Source: Mustelus asterias (Eukaryota). Taken from it: DNA of 64,000 nucleotides. Under the pieces are notes generated by a model. It saw nothing but the letters and a program-made list of their open reading frames with translations, had not been told where the DNA came from and searched no databases. The translations under genes and the position numbers were made by a program. The stretch's first letter is position 1, and each line of letters starts with the position of its first letter. This document shows positions 1 through 13,196 of the stretch, piece after piece. The stretch lies in assembly GCF_964213995.1 (NCBI RefSeq), contig NC_135808.1, positions 22,878,001 to 22,942,000 of the forward strand, given 5' to 3'.

Positions 1-126
1 ACTTTAATTGATGGGGAATAAAACTGAAAAGCAAAGGCTAGTGATGTTCTGGAAATCGAATTACAGGGACAAACTTTAAGTTTTGAACCTGTTGGTTTTG
101 AACTCAGTCTCTTTGGGGAATGGGTT

Positions 127-416
127 CGTGGTGAACCATAGATGGTTACCACGATGGGTACTGAACCGTAGATGGTTAGCACTATGGGTACTTGTACATA
201 TGTTACTGTTGTTACTGTTGGGGTTAGGGTTGGGGTGTTCTACCTGTTGGTATTGTTCTGTGGTACACTCCGGTAGGAGTATAAAGGTCACTGCACTGCC
301 GAGTGACCCTTAGTCTGGGATTGTATTGTTATGCAGTATGCTCCATTCTTGTTACTAATAAAAGCCTTTATTTCCCGGGTACGATCCAGCCTCCCGAGTG
401 ATTTAATTGCGCATCA
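127..416 (+). repeat. 5' LTR (290 bp)
   Basis: Matches 4909-5215 apart from about 7 substitutions and a 17-bp indel. TATAAA at about 280, AATAAA at 357, ends CA. First base is C rather than T. Confidence 0.95.
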
Positions 417-452
417 ATTTTATTAGTAACAAGTTTTGGTTGAAAAAAAAAC

Positions 453-1547
453 ATGGAGCAAATGTTAAAACCCGATCGGCTTACCTTAGATCCGCGTGCA
501 GCTGGAGCGTCGAACACTTTCGACCATTGGTTGAAGTGTTTCCAAGATTATATCGACGCCTCAACAGCCATTCAAAACGACGCCGATAGATTGCGGGTCC
601 TCCACGCAAGGGTAAGCGACACTGTGTATGCAACAATCCGCGATGCCCAAGACTACAAAGGGGCCATCAAACTACTTAAGAAACTGTACAACAAACCGCC
701 AAACGAGATTCATGCTCGACACCTACTAGCCACTCGACGGCGGCAGCCCGGCGAAACGACGGGACAGTACCTGCGCGAACTTCAGCAGCTAGCCAGAGCC
801 TGCAATTGCAAGCCAGTGTCGGCGACCCAGTATACAAATGATTTGATCCGAGATGCGTATGTGGCGGGAATCGACTCATCCTATATTCGCCTGCGGCTGC
901 TAGAGCAAGGTAACTTAGACCTCGCTAAGACGGCGGAATTAGCTGATGCGATGGAAACGGCCTCCAGAAGTCTTGAAACTTACCCCACCGACCACGTGGG
1001 AACATCGTGGCAAGTACAGCCACCGACTCAACTCTACCCAGCGGCTCCTAGGAACTGCGCGATCGTGCTTTCAACCTCGGACCTGACAGCGGCGGTGGCT
1101 CCAGGAGGCCCACGGTGCTATTTCTGTGGATTGGCAAAGCACTCTCGTCAGCGATGTCCAGCCAGAACGGTCTTTTGCTCCGTGTGTGGGAAGAAAGGGT
1201 ACTATGCTAAAGTGTGCCGAGCTAAACCACCCTCGAAGCCAAGCAGTGTGGCGTGTGACTCTCCTGGATCTGTCTCCTTGTCTCCGGCTTCGTCGAGGTC
1301 TTCCACCATGTGCGCTTCACGAGCGCCACCATTCCTGAGGACGACGACGCAAGACACGTGCGACCTGCGAGTGCCGCCACTTTCAACGCCATCGACCACG
1401 TGCAATCCATGGCGGCACCGACTGCAGACGACCAGCAGGGGTCATCATCATCAACCATCTCAGCTGCCTGCAGTTGCACTCAAGATTCAATGGTGGCGTC
1501 AATCATCCTGGACCAGGCCAAGCCTCACAGACTCGACAAGTCCATGA
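453..1547 (+). pseudogene. gag: Gypsy gag (capsid plus two zinc knuckles)
   Basis: CYFCGLAKHSRQRC fits CX2CX4HX4C. A second knuckle CSVCGKKGYYAKVC follows with H replaced by Y. Confidence 0.9.
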
Positions 1548-4500
1548 CGGACATAGAGGTAAACGGACGCCTAATACATTGTCTGTTTGACAGCGGGAGC
1601 ACGGAGAGTTTCATTCATCCTGACACCGTGAAACGGTGTGGTCTCCGAGTACAGACTGTCAGACAGACAATTTCTATGGCGTCGAGGTCCCGATCTGTTA
1701 CCGTTCTTGGGAGCTGCGTGGTAAACCTTACAGTGCGGGGCACAGTTTATGAGAACTTCAGGCTCCTCGTGTTACCGCACCTTTGCACTCCGATACTCCT
1801 GGGACTAGACTTATGGTCCACCTGAGGAGTGTGACCCTGCAGCACGATGGGCCACTCCCTCCACTTTCAGTGGGAGAACAGCAGCCTCCAAATTGCCCAG
1901 CGCGCTCCACGTGCAGTCTCTCGACACTCAGAATCACCCCGCCATCTTTATTTGAGAATCTCGTGCAAGCCCATCGCAACTAAGAGCAGGCGTTACAGCG
2001 CTGAGGATCGGATCTTTATTCGATCTGAGGTTCAGCGGCTCCTCAGGGAAGGGATCATTCAACCTAGCACTAGCCCATGGAGAGCACAAGTCGTGGTGGT
2101 TAAAACTGGAGACAAGCCCCAGATGGTCATAGACTATAGTCAGACCATTAATAGGTACACACAGCTGGACGCGTACCCTCTCCCGCGCATATCTGACATG
2201 GTCAACCAGATTGCGCAAGACCGGGTGTTCTCCACCATCGACTTGAAGTCAGCCTATCACCAGCTCCCCATTCGCACAGAGGACCGAAAATATACGGCCT
2301 TTGAGGCGGATGGTCGTCTCTACCACTTCTTAAGGGTCCCCTTTGGCGTCACGAATGGGGTCTCGGTCTTCCAGCGTGCAATGGACCGAATGGTGGACCA
2401 AAACGGGCTACGGGCTACCTTCCCGTACCTGGACAACGTCACTATCTGCGGCCATGACCAGCAGGACCACGATGCTAACCTCCTAAAGTTTTTACGCACT
2501 GCGTCTCGCCTGAATCTGACCTATAACAGGGAGAAGTGTGTATTCAGCAAGCGCCGCCTAGCAATTCTCGGATACGTGGTGGAAAATGGGGTCCTTGGCC
2601 CTGATCCAGACCGTATGCGTCCCCTCCTTGAACTTCCCCTACCCACTCGCGTCAAAGCACTGAGAAGATGCTTAGGCTTCTTTTCGTATTACGCACAGTG
2701 GGTTCCCAATTATGCGGACAAAGCCCGTCCGCTCATAAAGTCTACCTCTTTTCCCCTGGCAGCAGAGGCTCACTTAGCCTTTGAAGGGATAAAAGCTGAC
2801 ATCGCGAAAGCCACGATGCACGCTGTCGATGAGTCCATCCCTTTTCCAGGTGGAGAGTGATGCATCTGATTTCGCCCTGGCCGCCACACTTAACCAGGCG
2901 GGCAGGCCTGTCGCCTTTTTCTCTCGCACCCTCCAACGCCCTGAAATTCGGCACTCCGCTGTGGAAAAAGAGGCTCAGGCCATTGTGGAGGCCGTCCGGC
3001 ATTGGCGCCATTACTTGGCTGGAAAACGATTCACCCTGCTCACGGACCAGCGGTCCGTGGCATTCATGTTCAACAACACGTTAAGGGGTAAGATCAAAAA
3101 TGATAAAATCTTGAGGTGGAGAATCGAACTCTCCACCTACAACTATGATATCATGTACCGTCCGGGGAAGCTCAATGAGCCCTCAGATGCCCTGTCGCGT
3201 GGAACATGTGCCAGTGTGCAGGAGGACCGGCGACAGGCCCTCCACAATGATCTCTGCCATCCGGGGATCACTCGGCTCTTCCATTTTGTAAAGGCCCGGA
3301 ATCTACCCTACTCCATAGAGGATGTCAGGTCGATAACTCGAAGCTGCAGGTATGTGCTGAATGCAAGCCGCACTTCTACCGACCTGACAGGGCACACCTC
3401 ATTAAAGCCACTCGCCCGTTTGAAAGACTGAGTGTTGATTTCAAGGGCCCCCTTCCTTCGACAGATCGGAATGTGTACTTCCTCAACGTGGTTGACGAGT
3501 ACTCCCGATTCCCTTTTGCCATTCCCTGTTCAGACATGACCGCTGCCACGGTTATCAAAGCATTGCGGGATCTTTTCACCCTGTTTGGTTACCCCAGTTA
3601 TATCCACAGTGATAGGGGTTCGTCGTTTATGAGTGACGACTTGAGGCAATACCTGCTCTCAAAAGGGATTGCCTCAAGTAGGACTACGAGTTACAACCCC
3701 AGGGGTAACGGGCAGGTCGAAAGAGAAAACGCTACAGTCTGGAAGGCTGTCTTACTGGCGTTGAGGTCTAAGGGTCTTCCAGTCTCCCATTGGCAAGAGG
3801 TACTTTCTGATGCGCTCCATTCAATCCGGTCCCTCCTGTGTACGGCAACCAACGTTACCCCACATGAGCGGATGTTTACCTTCCTATGAGGAGAGGCTGA
3901 GGGATTTGGGATTGTTTTCGCTGGAAAGGCGGCGGCTAAGAGGGGATCTTATTGAAACATATAAGATGATTAGAGGTTTAGATAGGGTGGATAGTGATAG
4001 CCTTTTTCCTCTGATGGAGAAATCCAGCACGAGGGGGCATGGCTTTAAATTGAGGGGGGGTAGTTATAGAACCGATGTCAGGGGTAGGTTCTTTACCCAG
4101 AGGGTGGTGAGGGATTGGAATGCCCTGCCAGCATCAGTAGTAAATGCGCCTAGTTTGGGGGCGTTTAAGAGATCCGTAGATAGGTTCATGGACGAAAAGA
4201 AATTGGTTTAGGTTGGAGGGTCACAGTTTTTTTTTAACTGGTCGGTGCAACATCGTGGGCCGAAGGGCCTGTTCTGCGCTGTAATGTTCTATGTTCTATG
4301 TTCCCTAGGAAGTCTTCCTCTGGGACCTCACTGCCGTCTTGGTTGACGTACTCAGGACCTGTCCTCCTGCGGCGGCATATTAGGACCCGCAAGTCCGACC
4401 CTTTGGTTGAACAGGTCCATCTCCTCCACGCCAACCCTCAATATGCCTATGTAGCATATCCTGACGGGCGAGAGGACACAGTCTCTATTCGAGATCTGGC

Positions 4501-4834
4501 GCCTGCAGGGGACCTGGAAACCCCCGTCGCTCCCGCACCCCTGGTTAGGGACCCCTTGCCCTTTATCTCCCCTCCTGACATGGCGCGGGCAGTATCGGGA
4601 CCACCACTTAATCTTCTTACTCCCGTGTACAGCTTGCCTGAGTCCAGGAGATTGTCGCCACCTCGGGGCGTTCCTGAGTCCAGGAGATTGTCGCCACCTC
4701 GTGGTCCACCCCGTCGTGAGGAACTGGAGGAGTCACTGGACACCGCCTTGGAGAGAGGGTCATCACGGTCACCAGAACCGGCGCTACCGCCAGTGTTGAG
4801 GAGGTCGCAGAGACGGTGCGGCCCTCCGATATGA
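1490..4834 (+). pseudogene. pol: Gypsy pol (protease, RT, RNase H, integrase) split by frameshifts and a CR1 insertion
   Basis: PR LFDSGS. RT IDLKSAYHQ, VPFGVTNG and YLDN. RNase H SDASD and EKEAQAI. IN DFKGP, HSDRG and VERENA. The IN C-terminus resumes at about 4301. Confidence 0.93.
3885..4300 (+). mobile_element. 5'-truncated CR1 LINE inserted in the integrase
   Basis: CR1 ORF2 C-terminus YEERLRDLGLFSLERRRLRGDLI, a (TTCTATG)n tail, and TTCC on both sides (3881-3884, 4301-4304). Removing it restores MFTFPRK. Confidence 0.93.
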
Positions 4835-4908
4835 TTGAACTTGTGAATATATGGACAGTTCGTACTTTTTTTTTGCCCCACCGGCCTTTGTTTTAAAGGA
4901 GGGGTGAA

Positions 4909-5215
4909 TGTGGTGAACCATAGATGGTTACCACTATGGGTACTGAACCATAGATGGTTAGCACTATGGGCACTTGTACATATGTTACTGTTGTTACTGT
5001 TGGGGTTAGGGTTGGGGTGTTCTACCTGTTGGTATTGTTCTGTGGTACACTCCGGTTGGCTCCGCCTACCTGTAGGAGTATAAAGGTCACTGCACTGCCG
5101 AGTGACCCTTAGTCTGGGATTGTATTGTTATGCAGTATGCTACATTCTTGTTACTAATAAAAGCTTTTATTTCCCGGGTACGATCCAGCCTCCCGAGTGA
5201 TTTAATCGCGCATCA
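4909..5215 (+). repeat. 3' LTR (307 bp)
   Basis: TG...CA termini, direct repeat of 127-416. Confidence 0.95.
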
Positions 5216-6559
5216 GGTTTGAGAAATTGATATCACCCGATCTGATTCGCTCTCCATCTTGCCTCAAATTGTGTCTGGTTCACAACCTGCTGCCAGAGAA
5301 TCCTCATCTGAGTGTCACCTGTCTGCATTTTGGACCTGCAAAACTGAAACAGGAAGAATTGGTCCAGATCCATATTCTCCTCCATGCCAAAGCTCTGTTG
5401 GTGTGAGACTCCAGACATCCACTGGTCTTCACATGAGGGAACACCAGCTCAACAGCATTGAACCCCTTCAAACTTTATCCTTTATTTTAAAAAGCCTATT
5501 CTCTAAAGTGCATCTCTGCATTGACACCCTGCTCAGGAGTTGGGGTAATATTTTTACATGAACAGAGGACTGGTTAACAGACAGGAGACAGAGATTAGAC
5601 ATAAATTTTCGAGTTGACCAGCTGTGACCAGTGGAGTGTCACTGGGATCAGTGCTGGGACTTCAGTCATTTCCAATCTACATTCATGACTCACACCAAGA
5701 AGCTGAGTGTAATGTATCTAAATTTGCAACAGCTACAAAGCCAGGTGGAAATGCAAACTGTGGAGGACATAGAGAAGCTGCAAAGAGATGTGGACAACTT
5801 AAGTGAAGGTGCAAGGTGGCAGATAGCATGTAACGTGAGCCAGTATGGGGTTACACTGCATCTCAACACAATATGGCCTTCTGCGCATTCACACTGGTCC
5901 GTACAGATATCACTCTGCTGAACCCAGCCTACCAGAAGGCCTTTAAATTGGAACATGTCCATCCTTAAATAACAGCATCCCACTTTGTTATACTGTACAA
6001 GAGAGAAATAAAAAGAGGGCAGAGTAAGAGACAGAGTCGGAGTGAATTGTGGCTCTGAGACACAGATGGTCAAAACCAAGTATTGGTTCCAGGAAACCCT
6101 GTAAAGTCTCTTTTTTACCGAGAAAACTTCCATCAAAGGGACAGAATCTTAATGATATTATATCAGAGACAGGCACAGTATTAATCTCACACTCAGCCTC
6201 TCTTACCTGTTGTAATCTCTGCAGATTTCAAACAAAATTGCTTTGTGAAATAAATGATTGTGTGTAAGAATATTTCTGAGACCAGGCCACATTTATTTAC
6301 TGATTAATTCAGATGTAATGAAGTCAGACAGTTTTGTCTGTGGGCTCAGTGAATGCACATTGCACAATGATTGTGTCTTGGAGGTGAAATGTGGCTTCCT
6401 GTTTCACATGGTGGGAAAGCATTACAACCGCTCATATGTGGCAGAGAGCAGAGCTGTGGGGCTATTCAACTTTGCGAGCAAGGATAGAAAACTAGAACTT
6501 TTTTTTTAATGAGAGATTTGTGTGCACTCTCCAAGGAACACAAAAAATCCATGAGGTAG

Positions 6560-6870
6560 AAATCATAGAATCCCAACGGTGCAGAAGGAGGCCATTCAGC
6601 CCATCGAATCTGCACCCAACTCTCCGCCAGAGCATCTTACACAGGCCCTATTCCCGTAACCCAGCTAATCCCTCTAACCTACTCATCTTTGAACACTAAG
6701 TGGCAATTTAGCATGGCCAATCAACCTGTCAGAGGAAACCGGAGATCTTGGAGGAAACCCACACCGGCACAGGGAAAACATGCAAACTCCATACGGACAG
6801 TCCGTATTCCAAAGCCGGAATTGAACCCGAGTCCCTGGTTTGTGAGGCAGCAATACTAATCACTGTGCCA
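6560..6870 (-). mobile_element. HE1-type tRNA-derived SINE
   Basis: Reverse complement of a GGCACAGTG...AGCACTGCTGCCTCAC-type head and a GGCCTCCTTCTGCAC...GATTCTATG tail. Confidence 0.8.
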
Positions 6871-7589
6871 CGTGACTTCCCGTCAGAAATCAATCAGGAA
6901 AGCAAATGGTGCCGACATCTTTATCTCAAAGAGATTAGAGAACAGAACAAAAAATTCTTGCTACAAATTTAAAGACCCATTGCTGAAACTGCAATTCTGT
7001 GTAGAATTTTCCTGGCATTTGTACAGAGAAGGTTTAACTGGCTGATTCTTGGAATAATTGGGATTTGTTTTATGAGGAAAGGTTGAGCAGGTTGGGGATT
7101 TATTCATTGGAGTTTAGAAAAATTAGAGTTATCTCACTGAAACAGGTTAGATTCTGTTGGGCTTCATTGGTAAAATACTGAAAGATTCTTTCTGTTGGTG
7201 AGCAATAAAACATGAGGGCAAAGCCTCAGGGTAAAAGGTGAATCATTTAAGATGAGGAGAAATTTCTTCACTCAAAGGGTTGTGAATCTTTGTGATTTGC
7301 AACCCCAGAAAATTAAGGCTGGATCCTTACTGAAGATATTGAAGATAAATAGATTTGTGGTGTCTCAGCGAATGGAGGTTTACAGAGAGTAGGAGTGAAA
7401 GTCAAGATGAGGCAGAAGATCAGCTATGATTGTGTTAAAACTCGGGACAGGTTCAAGAGGTTGAATGGACTATTTTGCTGTTATCTCTCATGTTCTCTGC
7501 TTACTTATGGTTAATATCTAACCCCAGCAATCCCACCTCACACCCCATCACCCACAGAAATCACTGCACACAAAGGGACCAGCACTATC

Positions 7590-7850
7590 AGTACCTCTGT
7601 GATACTGACCCTCTCAGTGTGTGAGCTGTATCCTGTACTGATATTGTCCCTCTCAGTGTCTGAGCTGTATCCTGTTCTAATACTGTCCCTCTCAGTCAGC
7701 GAAATGTGTCCTGTACTGATACTGACTCTCTCAGTGTGTGAGCTGTGTCCTGTACTGATTCTGTCCCGGACTGATTCTGTCCCTTTCAGGTTGTGAGCTG
7801 TGTCCTGTACTGATACTCTCTCAGTATGTGAGCTTTGTCCTCTACTTATA
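7590..7850. repeat. 39-bp minisatellite (TGTGTGAGCTGTGTCCTGTACTGATACTGTCCCTCTCAG)
   Basis: Tandem units. The same array occurs at about 29820-30050 and 52670-52985. Confidence 0.9.
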
Positions 7851-8929
7851 TTAATCCTTGTACCATTGAAGCAATCACGATAAAAATAGGTCTGAGCTTG
7901 CTGAGCCTTGTTTGAGAAGTTACTGTGTTTGTTCAGGAAGGAATTGATTTGAAACAGTGAATAGGTGATAAGGCAGAGTTAAATTGAAAGGTAAAATGGT
8001 GCACAAAGAATCAGTGTTTGGAGATTGGATGCTTGGATCAGAGTAGGGAAATTGGAATGTTTGGGAGAAAGTCGACAGGAAGAAACAAATAGTGAGAGAT
8101 CACGGAGATGTGAGACCAAAGATTAGATTATTGAATCAGGATGAAGAAATGGATCTCGCTGCTTTTCAGAAATGGGCTGTTGATGTCTGGTTGGTGGAAT
8201 ATCAGAAGCAGGTTAGAAAACAAATTAAAGAAACTCACAGTAAAGTTTAAAATACTGTGTGAACAACCGGGTTGTTTATGTTCAGAGATATCCTGATTTG
8301 TAAACAAACAACTGTTCCTTTAACTTTATGAACATCTCTCCGTTCTGTGCACAGATCTAAAGGATGTGAAGCAACCTGTATCCATGTGGGTGACACGGTG
8401 GCAGAGTGGTTAGTGCTGCTGCCTCACAGTACCAGGGACCCAGGTTCAATCCCAGCCTTGGCTGACTGTCTGTGGGGAGTTGCATAAGATGGTCTTTCAG
8501 AGAGTTAGCATGGAGGTGATGGGCTAAATGGCCTCCTTCTGCACTGTAGGAATTCTATGGATTATACGGGATGCAGGAGTTGAACAAAATTCAGGCTTGA
8601 GCTACAAGTGGAAGATTACATTCACACCCACAAGTGCCAGGCAATGGTCATCTCTCACAAGAGAGAATCTAGCCATCTTCCCTTGACATTTGGAATCACA
8701 GAATTGTTGTGGTGCAGGCGGAGGCCATTTGGCCCATTGAGAGCACTGGCTCTCCAAATGAGCATTGTGGCTTAGCGCCTTTTAAACTTTTAATTATCTG
8801 TGATTCAGTGGTATTGCCAGCACTGAATCCCACACTATGACCAGAAACTGAACTGGACCAGCCACATAAACACAGTAACTACAAGAGTGTGTCAGAGGCT
8901 GGGAATTTTTTGGAGAGTTGAAATTTTAA

Positions 8930-9165
8930 GTTTATGTTTTAGTGTCACAAGTCGGCTTCCATTAACACTGTAATGACGTTACTGTGAAAGTCCTCCAGTC
9001 GCCACACTCCGGCGCCTGTTCGGGTACACTGAGGGAGAATTTAGCACGGCCAATGCATCCAACCAGCACTTCTTTCAGACTGTGGGAGGAAACCGGAGCT
9101 CCCGGAAGAAACCCATGCAGACACGGGGAGAACGTGCAGAATCCACACAGGCAGTGACCCAAGCA
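8930..9165 (-). mobile_element. tRNA-derived SINE with the alternative 3' tail (...GTAAGCCTACTTGTGAC type)
   Basis: Same body as the HE1-type copies with a different tail. Further copies at about 28060-28330, 31935-32225, 50915-51212, 54870-55110 and 57145-57435. Confidence 0.75.
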
Positions 9166-9789
9166 AGGATAATCTTAAATTTAAAATAGGTCGTGGGGGC
9201 ACAATGCAGTGGGTTAGCTCTGAGAAAATAAAATGTTGCATCAGAGAAGGAACAAATAAGCAAAATATGTTGATGCCTGGAATCGAGAGAGAATCAGAAA
9301 CACTCACCTTGGGTGGAGATCAGTGGAATATATCAATTGGTGTTAATCTATGTTCCAGTGTAGCTGAGACTAATACATTGACTGCTTTCTCTTCAAGGTA
9401 TTTGTGTCCATGTTGATTAACTTAAGGGAAATACATGTGATGGTCTGGCCATGACCCATTGGACATTCAAAGGAGATCGTGAGACAAAAGATCCCCTTTG
9501 GTCTTTTGAGAAGTAAACAAAAGTCAGGAAGGCTTATCAGATGGAGCATTTGTGGTGTGATTGGCATGGCTTCACCAGGAAGAAAATACATTCATTGGAG
9601 ACACCCATCATTTCTATCTCCTTTGACTCGTCTCAAATGGTGTCTCTTTTGGAAGACTGTGCAAGTTCGAATGATGAAGTTGATTGGCAGGATACATCGC
9701 ACAATCTCCACGGGGCTGAGAGGGTTTTGACAAATGCAAAACAAGGATTACCACAAAGCATGATGGGAGAAATCATCAAAGTTTTCCTG

Positions 9790-10445
9790 ACCGGGAAAAC
9801 CAGTTCCAACCAAGATTCTTATTTCCCCGTTTTACTGGTGTTCCAATCTGAAGCATACACAACCAGTTCAGACCAGGATTTCTATTTCCCCGCTTTGCCA
9901 GTACTTGATTCAGAGTATCGAAGAGCAGGTCAGAACCAGTGTTCTTGTTTCCTGATTTTACTGGTGTTTGATCCAACGTATACAAGACCAGTTCAGACCA
10001 ATATTCTTATTTCCCTGTTATACTGGTGTTTCAGTTAAAGTATTCAAGACGATTTGAGACCAGTAACCTTATTTCCCCATTTTACTGGTGTTCCATTTAA
10101 AATATACAAGACCAGTTCAGACCAGTGTCCTTATTTCCCGATTTACAGGTGCCCCATTTAAAGTACACAAGGCCAGTTCAGACCAGTAATCTTGCTTCCC
10201 CGTTTTACTGGTGTACAAAGTATACAAGACCAGTATTTCTATTTCCCCATTTTCCTGGGGTTCGATTTATAGTATACAAGACCAGTTCAGACCAGTATTC
10301 TTCCTTCCCGTTTTACTCATGTTCCATTTAAAGTATACAAGGCCAGCTCAGACCACGAATCTTGTTACCCCATTTTAATGGTGTTTGATTTGAAGTGGAC
10401 AACACCAGTTCACACCAGTATTCTTGTTTCCACGTTTTACTAGTT
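9790..10445. repeat. Degenerate tandem repeat of about 62 bp (about 10 units)
   Basis: Recurrent ACAAGACCAGTTCAGACCAGT...CCCCGTTTTACTGGTG. Confidence 0.85.
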
Positions 10446-11229
10446 CTTCCTCCTGGGTCAATGAAGATCACATTCAAGCTGAGAGGAAAACATGTCAAGA
10501 TGACTTTGAACAGAAGATTAAGTAGGAATTGGAACACCAGTGTGAGTGTGCAGAAGCGTAGGAGGCCTTGTGATGCAGCGGAGACATCATTTGTTCAATG
10601 GCCTCACATCCTCTGATGAGGATCAGGATCATATTTCCTTTTACAAAGATCCTGTGAAGTTTCTTGGGGTTGATTTATTCAATGACAGGTGTTTAAATTG
10701 TTCTTTTACCAAATGAAGAGACAAACCAAATATCAGCAATGGAGGGAAACCAAGAGGCAAATAAGAATGGGGAAATTTACATCATTAGCATTGGCAGAGA
10801 AAACATAGTGAATAAATTAATTTACAGGGTCTGGACATTGGGGGTTTGGAAGGTGCTGCTTAAGGAACCTGGGTGAGTTTCTGCAGTGAATCTTGTAGAT
10901 GGTACACACGGCTGCCACTGTTCATTGATGGAGAGAAGCTGAATGTTTGTGTAAGGGGTGTCAGTCAAGCAGACTGCTTTGTCCTTTTTATTACACGACA
11001 GGTGTTTAAGTTGTTATTTTCAGCAATGAAGATGCAAACTAAATATCGCGAATGCAAAAAACTAAGGGGCAAATAAGAATGAGGAAATTAACATAATTAA
11101 TATTGGCAGAAAAAAATGTACTGAAGAAACTTCCAGGATTTAAATCCAACAAATCCCCAGGAACTGATGGATTCCATCCCAGGGTTCGAAAGGAGGTTGC
11201 TGCAGAGATAGATTTTTTGAAATTAGTTT

Positions 11230-12900
11230 CCAGGACACGGGCATCGGGGGTTTGGAAGGTGCTGCCTGAGGAACCTGGGTGAGTCTCTGCAGTGCATTTG
11301 TCGACTATTAAACACTCGCTGAAGGAGGTTCCCACTGTTCATCGGTGGGAGAGAAACGGAATGTTTGTGGAAGGGGTGTCAGTCAAGCAGACTGCTTTGT
11401 CCTGGAGCTTCTTGAGTGTTGTTGGAGCTGCACTCGTCCAGGCAACTGGAGAGTATTCGATCATATTCCTGACTTATTCCTTGCAGATAGTGCGCAAGCT
11501 TTTGGGAGTCAGGAGGTTTACTTGTTCACCTCTGACCTGCTCTGATAGTGACAGTATTTATATGTCTCGTTCAGTTCTGTTTCTGATCAATGGTAACCCC
11601 CAGGATGTTGAGTAAATTATCCATTTTGGCCTCCTCCAGATGGCCCAGCATCACAGGTACCAGTCTTCAGCCAATTCGGGGGATTCAGCGATGATAATCC
11701 AATTGAAGTCAAAGGAAGATGGTTAGATCCTCTTTGTTGGAGATGGTAGTTGCCTGGCACTTGTGTGGTGCCAATGTTAATTGCCACTTGTTAGCCTAAG
11801 CCAGGATATTGTCCAAGTCTTGCTACATTAGAGCATGGATTGCTTCAGTATTTGAGGAGCCGTGAATGGTACTGAACATTGTGCAGTCATCAGCGAACAT
11901 CTCCACTTCTGACCTTAGGATGGAAGAGAGATCATTGATGAAACAGCTGACGATGGTTGGGCCTTGGGCACTATTCTGAGGAACTGATGTCCTTGAGCCA
12001 AAATGATCGACATAAAACCATCACAACAATCTCTCTTTGTGCTAGGTATGACTCCAACCAGCGGAGGGTTTCCCCCAATTCCCATTTACTCCAGTTTTGC
12101 TGGGGCTCTTTGATGTCACACTCTGTCAAATGCTGCCTTGATGTCAATGGCATTCTTACCTCTCCCCTGGAGTTCAGCCCTTTTGTCCATGTCCTTGCTA
12201 AATGCCGCTTGATAGCACCATTCATGACCTCCTCCCATCACTTTACTAATGATCAAGAGTGGACTGAAGTACTATTGCTGAAATATGTCAGGCCCAATAG
12301 CCTGTGCAGTATCCGGTGCCTTCAGCCATTTCTTGATATTGTGTGGAGTGAATCGAAGACTGGCTGAAGACTGGCACCTGTGATGCTGGGGCTTCTGGAG
12401 GAGGCCAAGATGGATAATTTACTCAGCAGCTCTGGCTGAAGATTGTTACAAACACTACAGCCTGATCTTTTGCACTGATGTACTGGACTCCCCAGTCATT
12501 GAGGATGGGGATATTTGTGGAGCCTCCTCCTTCAGTGAGTTGTTTAATTCTCCACTACCGTTCACGCCTGGACATGGCAGAACTGCAGACTTGGATCTGA
12601 TCAGCTGGTTCTGGGATCACTTAGCTCTGTCTATCCCTTGCTGCTTTTGCTGTTTCGCACACAAGTAGTTCTGTGTTGTAGCTTCGTCAGGTTGACACCT
12701 CATTTACAGGTATGCCTGTGCTGCTCCTGGCATGCCCTCCTGCACTCCTCATTGAACCAGGGATGATCCTCTGGCTTGGTGGTAATGGTGGAGTGGGGGA
12801 TATGCCAGGCCATGAGGTTACAGATTGTGGTTGAGTACAATTCTGGTGCTGCTGTTGGTCCACAGCACCTCATGGATGCCCAGTCTGGAGTTGCTAGATC
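11230..12900 (-). mobile_element. Degraded LINE RT fragments (CR1-clade family also at 19128 and 41407)
   Basis: Minus-strand remnants WTKGLNSRGEVR and PWFNEECRRACQEQH. Confidence 0.8.
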
Positions 12901-12912
12901 TTTACTACTCAT

Positions 12913-13175
12913 CTGGCAGTGCAGCATTCCTTCAATACCGTCCCTCTGGCAGTGCCGCACTCCCTCAGTACAGCCCCTCTGGCAGTGCCGCACTCCCTCA
13001 GTACAGCCCCTCTGGCAGTGCGGCACTCCCTCAGTACTGCCCCTTTCACTGTGCAGCTCACCTTCAGTACTAACTCTCTGGCAGTGCCGCACTCCCTCAG
13101 TACAGCCCCTCTGGCAGTGCAGCACTCCCTCAGTTATGCCCCTTTGACAGTGCAGCTGTCCCTCAGTACTGACGC
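12913..13175. repeat. 33-bp minisatellite (CTGGCAGTGCCGCACTCCCTCAGTACAGCCCCT)
   Basis: About 8 tandem units. It explains the repetitive ORFs here. Confidence 0.9.
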
Positions 13176-13196
13176 TCTGACACAAACCAAACATCT

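Larger units (their letters stand above)
127..5215 (+). mobile_element. Full-length Ty3/Gypsy LTR retrotransposon (Mag-like by recall), decayed by frameshifts and a CR1 insertion
   Basis: Paired LTRs 127-416 and 4909-5215. 4-bp TSD GGTT at 123-126 and 5216-5219. PPT AAAGGAGGGG before the 3' LTR. Domain order gag-PR-RT-RNaseH-IN. Confidence 0.95.
5450..8910. repeat. Diverged paralogous segment of the class I upstream flank (homologous to about 26160-30400 and 49010-53330)
   Basis: Collinear blocks include 5461 vs 26161, the CR1 remnants, the 39-bp minisatellite and 7950-8230 vs 30050-30335. Confidence 0.85.

Noticed and set aside
9301-9380. Minus-strand donor AAG|GTGAGT as a possible leader exon of the left unit
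   Set aside because: The upstream ATG is followed by a stop and the sequence is not leader-like.
9541-10038. 165-aa ORF
   Set aside because: Half of it lies in the 62-bp repeat and it shows no homology signal.
9790-10445. Repeat array superficially resembling a CRISPR array
   Set aside because: Whole units are degenerate copies without unique spacers, and the context is vertebrate with no cas genes.
10685-11400. Old diverged direct duplication (about 10685-10985 vs 10997-11400)
   Set aside because: It is made of LINE remnants and shows no sign of function.
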